This document shows positions 26,878 to 33,385 of a stretch of DNA of 37,860 nucleotides, piece by piece. The translations under genes were made by a program, and so were the position numbers. The stretch comes from a virus (taxonomy: Duplodnaviria > Caudoviricetes): the IMG/VR virus record IMGVR_UViG_3300034197_000024, positions 1-37,860 of that record. One strand, 5' to 3'. The notes beneath the pieces were generated by a model, which saw nothing but the letters and a program-made list of their open reading frames with translations, searched no databases and was not told where the DNA came from. Within the stretch, counting starts at the first letter, position 1, and every line of letters begins with the position of its first letter.

Positions 26878-28716
26878 ATGGCTATCCGCCTTACCGCCGC
26901 ATCCAGTCAACGGCTGAGTCGTACCACCGATCTCTTGTCGGCCAACGCCGACTATACGATCATGGCCTGGGTGTACCCGATCTCTGTGACCGGGTGGAAG
27001 AGTATTTTCTGGTTCGGGCGCTCAACGGGCGATACCTCAGCAGACTACTGCGAGTTCAACGCACCGCACCTGTTTTTGGGCAGCACAAACAGCGCGGGAA
27101 CTGAGGCGTCGGCACAGGAGACGGCCAGCCGTAGCGCAACCACCTGGATCCATGTCGCGATGGTGCGCAGTGGGAACACACTGGCGCTGTTTCTTGATGG
27201 CACGCAGATCCTGAGCGTGACGCAGGCCACGTCAGGGCGTAGTGCGACCCAGGCTATGCTGAGCGGTGCCTGGGGCGCGGGCACGCCGGGCGATCATATG
27301 GACGGGCGCATCGCCGGAATGAAGGCGTGGGCGCGCGCGTTCACGGCGGGCGAAATCGCGACCGAGCGGCTGTACTATCAGCCCATCATCACGACGAGCC
27401 TGTATGCCTGGTGGCCGATGGTTGACACCGGCACGACGCGCGTCAACGACGCCAGCGGCAATGCCCGCCACTGGACGGCAACGGGCTCCCTCACCGACGA
27501 GGCCAATCCGACCGTGCCGTCGTGGATTGTCGCGCCTGCTGCTGCAGCAGCTCCCGCTGTCGCCTATAGCGTGACCGTCACAGGAAGCGCGGGCGCACAG
27601 ACCGTCACGCCCGGTCTGGCCAGCGCCCCAGCGACGGCCTACGCCCCAACGCTGGCCCCTGGGTCAGTGGCAGTACAGCCGGGACGTGCAGCAGCTCCCG
27701 CAGTTGCCTACAGCCCAACACTGACCCCTGGTGCCGTGGCCGTCTCGCCTGCTGCTGCAGCAGCTCCCGCCACGGCCTACAGTCCGACGCTTGCGAACGT
27801 CATCACCGTAGCCCCGGCCCGCGCAAGCAGCCCAGCAGCGGCCTACAGCCCGACGCTGGCTCCCGGTGTGGTTGCGGTACAGCCCGGCCTCGCAGCAGCC
27901 CCCGCAACCGCCTACGCGCCGACGCTCGCGTCTGGAGCTGCGACGGTGCAGCCCGCGCGCGCCACGTCGGCAGCAACCGCCTACGTGCCCACGCTGGCTC
28001 CGGGTGCCGTGGCCGTCTCGCCTGCTGCTGCAGCAACTCCCGCCACGGCCTACAGCCCATCCCTGGTGCCTGGCGCGGTTGCGGTACAACCAGCCCTGGC
28101 AAGCGCCCCAGCAGTCGCCTACAGCCCGAGTGTCTACGGCGCGGGCGTGATCGTCCCCGCCCGCGCAAGCAGCCCAGCAGCGGCCTACAGCCCCACGCTG
28201 GCCCCCGGTGTGGTTGCGGTACAGCCCGCGCGCGCGGCCACCAGCACCACCGCCTACGCGCCGACGCTGACCAGCACGGCTACGATCCAGCCAGGCCGTG
28301 CGACGACAGCAGCGACCGCCTACAGCCCCACGCTGGCCCCTGGCGCGGTTGCGGTACAGCCAGGCCTCGCAGCAGCGCCAGCGACCGCCTACGGGGTGGC
28401 GCTGGCACTCGGGGCGGCGACGATTACTCCCGCCCTGGCAAGCAGCCCAGCAGTGGCCTACGTGCCCACGCTGGCCCCTGGTGTGGTTACTATCGCCCCA
28501 GGCCTTGCAGCAGCGCCCGCGACCGCCTACGGGGTGGCGCTCAGTACAAGCATTGCCCAGGCCCTCTCCCCAAGCCTCGCGGCAGCCCCGGCAGCGGCCT
28601 ACAGCCTGGCGCTCGTGGCCGAGGCCGTGGCGACCGGCACAATCAGCGGCGCAGCCCGCAGCGGCACAATCAGCGGCGCAGCCCGCACGGGCCGCGTCCA
28701 GAGTCAGGAGCGATAA
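26878..28716 (+). CDS. LamG/concanavalin-like domain protein with long Ala/Pro repeat stalk
   Basis: YTIMAWVY, WIHVAMVRSGNTLALFLDG, MDGRIAGMKAWARA, LYAWWPM, followed by ~21-23-aa repeats. Confidence 0.8.
   Translation: MAIRLTAASSQRLSRTTDLLSANADYTIMAWVYPISVTGWKSIFWFGRSTGDTSADYCEFNAPHLFLGSTNSAGTEASAQETASRSATTWIHVAMVRSGNTLALFLDGTQILSVTQATSGRSATQAMLSGAWGAGTPGDHMDGRIAGMKAWARAFTAGEIATERLYYQPIITTSLYAWWPMVDTGTTRVNDASGNARHWTATGSLTDEANPTVPSWIVAPAAAAAPAVAYSVTVTGSAGAQTVTPGLASAPATAYAPTLAPGSVAVQPGRAAAPAVAYSPTLTPGAVAVSPAAAAAPATAYSPTLANVITVAPARASSPAAAYSPTLAPGVVAVQPGLAAAPATAYAPTLASGAATVQPARATSAATAYVPTLAPGAVAVSPAAAATPATAYSPSLVPGAVAVQPALASAPAVAYSPSVYGAGVIVPARASSPAAAYSPTLAPGVVAVQPARAATSTTAYAPTLTSTATIQPGRATTAATAYSPTLAPGAVAVQPGLAAAPATAYGVALALGAATITPALASSPAVAYVPTLAPGVVTIAPGLAAAPATAYGVALSTSIAQALSPSLAAAPAAAYSLALVAEAVATGTISGAARSGTISGAARTGRVQSQER
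27529..28620 (+). repeat. Degenerate coding tandem repeats (~63-69 bp unit; VQPxxAxAPAxAYxPTLAPG)
   Basis: About 16 units visible in translation, with shared DNA blocks such as GCCTACAGCCC. Confidence 0.85.
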
Positions 28717-29024
28717 TGACACTCGGCATCGCCATCCAGGGCGCACGCCTGCCCGACCAGGTTGTCACCTGGCTGCTCGCCGATCGCACGCCGCTCAACC
28801 TCACCGGCGCGACGCTGGCCGGCACGATCAACGACGGAACCACCACGCGCGCCATCGACGGCACCCTCACCGTCGTCGATGGCCCAGCCGGGATCTTTCG
28901 CTGGGCCTATGGCGTGCTCGACGTCGGCACGGCGGGCAGCTTCGATGTGCAAATCACGGCCACCTTCGCAGGCGGGCTCGCGCGCACCATGATCACGCCC
29001 TGGCGCGTCGCGCGCGCGCAGTAG
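28716..29024 (+). CDS. BppU-like small baseplate/fiber protein
   Basis: IAIQG, PLNLTGAT, VVDGPAGIFRWA..DVGTAGSF pattern. Confidence 0.6.
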   Translation: MTLGIAIQGARLPDQVVTWLLADRTPLNLTGATLAGTINDGTTTRAIDGTLTVVDGPAGIFRWAYGVLDVGTAGSFDVQITATFAGGLARTMITPWRVARAQ

Positions 29025-29052
29025 CCACCCGCCACTCGGTGGCAGGCAACGA

Positions 29053-29097
29053 AACGCCCCTGGTTCTCAGTCGAAGAACCAGGGGCGTTGGTATTTT
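29053..29097. terminator. Bidirectional terminator between convergent operons
   Basis: 15-bp perfect stem AACGCCCCTGGTTCT/AGAACCAGGGGCGTT with 7-nt loop. T-rich downstream on both strands. Confidence 0.85.
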
Positions 29098-29108
29098 GGA
29101 AGGGGGGC

Positions 29109-29621
29109 TTAGAAGCGGGCCGTCGTGGGGCGCTGCGCGATGGGCGTCGTATGAGCCACACGGCGGGACTGCTCGGCCTTGACCGCCTCGACGATGCGCT
29201 TGTAGCGCTCGCTGGTACCACTGGGGTTGACCTTGAAGATCGCCTTGATCAGGTCGGTCTGCTTGCCCTGACCCGCTGCCAGCGCGTCGACCAACGCCTC
29301 GATCTTGGCCGCAAACACCGCGTCGTCGTCGTTGCGTGCCAACAACGCGTTGCGGTCGGAATTCGGCATTGCAATGGGCGCAACGCCCGTTGCTGCAATT
29401 GTTGCATCCGGCCAAAACGCCGGATCGTCGTTGGTTGCGTCGTCGTCTGGCGGCACCCGCCAGGGTGACATAAGTGTCGTGAGGAGGTCGGAGGTGTGCG
29501 GCAGGATGGCGCGGACTCCACGCGCGATCAGCTCGCGCTCATCCCAGACGAGCCCGACGACGACGATCAGGCCCAGCGCCGCCAGGGTCATCCAGACCAT
29601 GCCCATCGTGAAGTGTTCCAT
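29109..29621 (-). CDS. N-terminal TM protein with basic C-terminal HTH-like domain
   Basis: ATG 29621 with GGAGG RBS. TM MVWMTLAALGLIVVVGLVW. C-terminal QTDLIKAIFKVNPSGTSERYKRIVEAVK. Confidence 0.7.
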   Translation of the reverse strand: MEHFTMGMVWMTLAALGLIVVVGLVWDERELIARGVRAILPHTSDLLTTLMSPWRVPPDDDATNDDPAFWPDATIAATGVAPIAMPNSDRNALLARNDDDAVFAAKIEALVDALAAGQGKQTDLIKAIFKVNPSGTSERYKRIVEAVKAEQSRRVAHTTPIAQRPTTARF

Positions 29622-29637
29622 CCTGCCCTCCGTCAAC

Positions 29638-30225
29638 TCAGGGGCGAATACCGCGTGCAATCAACCGGCATGCCCCTAGTATAACAAGCTCGGGGATGAT
29701 TGTCACCCATGCGGTGAGCGCGATCGCATAGGGGGCGCTGGCCGCGATTTGCGCCACGAGCGGCCAGACCTGATCGCCCGGATACACGATGCCCAAGAGC
29801 GTCGTGCCCAGATCCGTGGCAAACACCAAGAGCCACACCAGCAGCGCCGCCACGATCAGGCCGGGCGAGAGGCCCGCGCGCGTCATGCGCTGGAACAGGC
29901 GCTTGCCGGGGCGCAAGAAGACCTCGACCAGGCTGTAGGCCAGGCCGACACCCAGCACCACCAGCAGCACCGAGTCGCCACTTGCGACCGGCACCTGCCA
30001 ACTCGACCCGATGTACCACAACACCAGACTCAGTGCGACGTACCAGCCGCGCAGGGTGAGATAGGCACCCACCACCCACTGCGGCACGAACAGCGCGAGC
30101 CCCAGGACGCCGACGGCGATCAGGGCCAGGCGCAGCGCGGGCGTGAGCGCGGCACCTTCCTTCTTCGTCTTCGTATCTGCCACCCGGTGGCCGCGCTCGT
30201 CGAGGGTGTAACTTCGTACCGGCAT
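29638..30225 (-). CDS. Polytopic membrane protein (4-5 TM)
   Basis: ATG 30225 with GAGGAG RBS. Several long hydrophobic segments. Confidence 0.78.
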   Translation of the reverse strand: MPVRSYTLDERGHRVADTKTKKEGAALTPALRLALIAVGVLGLALFVPQWVVGAYLTLRGWYVALSLVLWYIGSSWQVPVASGDSVLLVVLGVGLAYSLVEVFLRPGKRLFQRMTRAGLSPGLIVAALLVWLLVFATDLGTTLLGIVYPGDQVWPLVAQIAASAPYAIALTAWVTIIPELVILGACRLIARGIRP

Positions 30226-30226
30226 A

Positions 30227-30526
30227 TTAGAACTCCTCTCCCGCCCCCCAGCCCGTTGCAACGGGCGCAACGGGAGCCAGGGGCATGATGTCGGACGTTT
30301 GTCGGACAACTGTCGAACGAATGTCAGCCAACCGCGCGGCGCGAGCGCGCAGAGCGGGATCGGCTATCCCGCCCAGGTCGAGATTGCGGAGCAGCGCCGC
30401 CACCGGGTGGCCGGTCTCGGCCAGCGCGACGAGCAGCGCGGCCCGGATGACGTCTGAGCGATCGCCCAAGCGGTCGAGGAGCTCGATCAGCTCGGGCGTG
30501 CAGCGGAACGTCGCGCGGGTGTTCAT
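30227..30526 (-). CDS. Ribbon-helix-helix (CopG/Arc/ParR-like) DNA-binding protein
   Basis: Beta strand RATFRC, helix PELIELLDRL, GDRSDVIRAAL turn and helix. Confidence 0.78.
   Translation of the reverse strand: MNTRATFRCTPELIELLDRLGDRSDVIRAALLVALAETGHPVAALLRNLDLGGIADPALRARAARLADIRSTVVRQTSDIMPLAPVAPVATGWGAGEEF
30289..30329. repeat. Four direct repeats at exact 11-bp period
   Basis: TGTCGGAC 30289, TGTCGGAC 30300, TGTCGAAC 30311, TGTCAGCC 30322. Confidence 0.7.
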
Positions 30527-31155
30527 AGGTGGCCTCGCAGCTCCTCGTAGGCCGCGACTGCGTCGGCCAGATCGGCCAACGCGGGGACGTACTTCGCCGC
30601 CAGGAGATCCAGCTGCTCCCGCGCGGCGGCGGCTAGCGCCTCGGCGAGCGCCTGGAGCGCGTCACGCTCCTGCTGGAGCTGCGCGACTTCGGCGCGAAGG
30701 GGCGGCGCTGCATCAAGCGCTTGGTGGTAGGCGGTAAGTATCTTGTTGTATTCTTTGTGCCACTGCGTCAGCCGAAACGCCGCGCCGCCGTTTGGTGAGA
30801 CGATAGCCTCAACGCGGCCTGTGTCGCGCAGGTGTGCCGCGATGACGCTGACTGCCTCGACAACCGGCGCGGGCGTAGGCACCTGATGCACGAGCGGAGC
30901 CGGGGATGGCGACTCGTCGGTGCGGAATGGCCCGAACACCTCAGGCACGGCAGGCTGATCGACTGGCCCGATCAGATTGTGCAGCGCGTTCAATGCAGCA
31001 ATGTCGTCGCGGCCATCATCGTGACGAGTAAGCACCTCGCGGGCAAGGTGCTTGAGTGTGGCATACTCGATCACCAGCGCGTCACGCTCCTGCTGGAGCT
31101 GCTCGACCTGCACAATCAGGGCGTCGAGCCGCTGATAGACATCGTCGTAGCTCAT
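30523..31155 (-). CDS. Coiled-coil protein with duplicated QLQQERDAL segment
   Basis: ATG 31155 in ATGA overlap. 27-bp exact repeat at 30656-30682 and 31076-31102. Confidence 0.72.
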   Translation of the reverse strand: MSYDDVYQRLDALIVQVEQLQQERDALVIEYATLKHLAREVLTRHDDGRDDIAALNALHNLIGPVDQPAVPEVFGPFRTDESPSPAPLVHQVPTPAPVVEAVSVIAAHLRDTGRVEAIVSPNGGAAFRLTQWHKEYNKILTAYHQALDAAPPLRAEVAQLQQERDALQALAEALAAAAREQLDLLAAKYVPALADLADAVAAYEELRGHL

Positions 31156-31238
31156 CGCAGAAACCCCCAGACCGCCAGCCCAATCAGGAGCCACAAGAGC
31201 AGGGCCAGCGGCACGCCGTAAGCTAGTCCGCGCCTCAC
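31152..31238 (-). CDS. 28-aa single-TM microprotein MRRGLAYGVPLALLLWLLIGLAVWGFLR
   Basis: GTGA overlap with the actin-like gene stop and ATGA overlap with the next start. Fills the gap exactly. Not in the ORF track. Confidence 0.7.
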   Translation of the reverse strand: MRRGLAYGVPLALLLWLLIGLAVWGFLR

Positions 31239-32266
31239 GCCAGGCCTCGCGCATAGCGCACCGCCAGGCGGGCCATGCCGCGCGCTACGGCCAGCTGGGG
31301 GGCCTCGCTGATCACGGCGTGGGGGTACTGGCAGATCAGATACTCCTGCACGCGCTCATCAGCCACGGTGCCACCAGCGAGCAGCACCGCATCGACGTGG
31401 CTGGCCGTGCCGACCGCCTCGACCAGGCGGCCAATACCCTCCCGTGCGAGCGCCACAATCGGCGCGTCCCAGCCCACGGGCAGCTGATGGACCTGCCCAG
31501 CGGCCCCGATGTAGCCCGTCCGCACGGCGCTCTCCGTCTCGTGGAGGGTGAAGGGCCGGTCGAAGACGGCCTGGATGTGCTGACGGATCTGATCGAGCGC
31601 CACGGACATGCCCGTGCTCGCCGTGCCCGCGCTTGCGGGGTCAGGTACCAGGCGCTCGACGAGCACCCAATCGAGGGTGTAGAAGCCCCAATCGACGATC
31701 AGGATGGTGCCGTCGAGGAAGCAGCCGTCGCCATCGAAGTGGCCGTCGTTGTCGAGCGTCGCGGCGTGGATCGGGCCGAGCGGCTCAGGGATGACGCGCA
31801 CCTTCGTGAACTGATCGCCCGCGACGCTGCGGATGTGGCTGGCGAGTGCCGCACACCGCTGCGGCTGCATCCAGGTGGCAGGGAGGCCCGTCACGCAGTA
31901 GCCCGGCTCGACGCTTCCCAGGTCTTCGAGCTCGTCGAGGGCAGCGGAGGCCAGCACCGGCACGAAGAGCGGGTCAGCCAGACGCTGCTGGGCCGGAATG
32001 GTGCGGCCGTGGCGACCGGCGTGCCGCCCCACGTAGAACGCCTGGCCATCGACCACGGTGCGCGGTCGATCCGCCGCAGCGCCTTCGACGAGCGGCGGGG
32101 CGGACGCGAGCTGGGCCGGGAAGCAGATCGCGGTCTCCTGGCTGGGCGTGAGACGCACGGCTTTGACGTGGCCGTGGCCAATGTTGAGGCCGTAGCCGAT
32201 GGGCTGGGCAAGGGCGCGCGTAGCGGCGGGGTTGGGGCCTTCCGCGACGAGAGGGAGGCGAAGCAT
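31235..32266 (-). CDS. ParM/StbA-family actin-like ATPase
   Basis: Phosphate-1 GLNIGHGHVK, VTGLP, connect-1 IPEPLG, phosphate-2 IVDWGFYTLD, adenosine LLAGG, connect-2 PQLAVARG. Confidence 0.88.
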   Translation of the reverse strand: MLRLPLVAEGPNPAATRALAQPIGYGLNIGHGHVKAVRLTPSQETAICFPAQLASAPPLVEGAAADRPRTVVDGQAFYVGRHAGRHGRTIPAQQRLADPLFVPVLASAALDELEDLGSVEPGYCVTGLPATWMQPQRCAALASHIRSVAGDQFTKVRVIPEPLGPIHAATLDNDGHFDGDGCFLDGTILIVDWGFYTLDWVLVERLVPDPASAGTASTGMSVALDQIRQHIQAVFDRPFTLHETESAVRTGYIGAAGQVHQLPVGWDAPIVALAREGIGRLVEAVGTASHVDAVLLAGGTVADERVQEYLICQYPHAVISEAPQLAVARGMARLAVRYARGLA

Positions 32267-32287
32267 CGTCTTATCCTTTCAGTGTGG

Positions 32288-32722
32288 CTAGCGCCACGAT
32301 ACGGCATAATCCACCGGCGCAAGGCCGGGCAGGGTCAGGCTCACGACAATGGGTGTACCAGGGGTAATGGGCGGGAGTCGGAAATCAATCGGCGCGCGGC
32401 CCCCCGGCTGCACCGTCACAGCCTTGTCCGCGTTCAGCTCGTAGATCTCCGTTCCTGCCTTGATTGCAATCTCCGGCCCGGTGAACGGCACGACGTAGAT
32501 CGTGCCGTTGGTGAGCGCACCCGTGATGTGCGTGCCGTCGACGGTCTGGCTCGCCACCAGCTCGACCAGCGCCACCACGCCCGAGAGTGCAGGCGTGGCA
32601 GGCGTCGGGGCGGCACCAGTCTGCGGCGCGAGCGCAGGCACGCCAGGGATGCGGCCGGTCAAAATCAGCACGGCGATCAGTACGCCGATCAGAATGCCGA
32701 GCGGCGCGGCAGGGCTGTTCAT
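32288..32722 (-). CDS. Membrane-anchored protein with small beta-rich domain
   Basis: ATG 32722 just after the upstream stop. TM LGILIGVLIAVLIL. Confidence 0.7.
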   Translation of the reverse strand: MNSPAAPLGILIGVLIAVLILTGRIPGVPALAPQTGAAPTPATPALSGVVALVELVASQTVDGTHITGALTNGTIYVVPFTGPEIAIKAGTEIYELNADKAVTVQPGGRAPIDFRLPPITPGTPIVVSLTLPGLAPVDYAVSWR

Positions 32723-32723
32723 C

Positions 32724-33290
32724 CTAGTTTTGTGGCAGGCACTGGAGCGGCGGGTTGTCGCCGCCGCAGCGGTTGTCGTATACCGGCACAGGCGTCGGGA
32801 ATGACCCCGGCTCGCCGACAATCCAGTCGGGCGCGGGCTGCTCGGCACCAGGCGTCGGGAATGACCCCGGCTCGCCGACAATCCAGTCGGGCGCGGGCTG
32901 CTCGGCACCAGGCGCGAGCAACTGCCCGTCCCACGTCGCGGCGTTGATCGTCTCCGCGTTGCCGGGGCCGTAGCCGTCGGCAGCCGGGTCGAGCGCGGGC
33001 GCAGCCGGGGCTTGGGGAGCTGGGGCGCTCACCACGGGTGCGGCTTGCGGTGCCGACTGTGCGGGCGCGGCCTGGGGGCGGCTTGTGGGCTGCGCTGCCG
33101 GGGCAGCAGTCGGCCAGGGTGCAGCCGTGGGCTGAGCCTGGGGCACGGACGTCGATGCGGCGGGCAGGGTGGGACGGGCAATGAACCAGACGAGGGCGGC
33201 GACGGCCAGGGCAGCGAGGGCCCAGGCGACGACCGTCATAAGGTCAGCGAACCAATTTGAGGCGGGCGCGGGCTGGTCAGTGTACTTCAC
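32724..33290 (-). CDS. Membrane-anchored Pro/Ala/Gln-rich protein
   Basis: GTG with GAAAGGG RBS. TM VVAWALAALAVAALVWFIA. Low-complexity stalk. Confidence 0.72.
   Translation of the reverse strand: MKYTDQPAPASNWFADLMTVVAWALAALAVAALVWFIARPTLPAASTSVPQAQPTAAPWPTAAPAAQPTSRPQAAPAQSAPQAAPVVSAPAPQAPAAPALDPAADGYGPGNAETINAATWDGQLLAPGAEQPAPDWIVGEPGSFPTPGAEQPAPDWIVGEPGSFPTPVPVYDNRCGGDNPPLQCLPQN
32789..32914. repeat. Exact 60-bp tandem duplication (PGAEQPAPDWIVGEPGSFPT x2)
   Basis: Identical at offset 60. Confidence 0.95.
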
Positions 33291-33314
33291 AGGTGTTCCC
33301 TTTCGTGCGATACT
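33286..33314 (+). promoter_or_regulatory. Antisense promoter overlapping the start of 32724..33290
   Basis: TTCACA(33286-91)-17-GATACT(33309-14) with TG extension. GC hairpin 33344-33374 downstream. Confidence 0.5.
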
Positions 33315-33385
33315 GAATCGCCTTGAACTCGTGGTCAGGGCCGGCCGGGGGCGGGGTCACAGCCGCCGCCCGGCACTAGCGTAGC

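Noticed and set aside
24024-28716. Diversity-generating retroelement or invertible tail-fiber cassette
   Set aside because: No reverse transcriptase, no template/variable repeat pair, and no inverted fiber segments or adjacent invertase seen.
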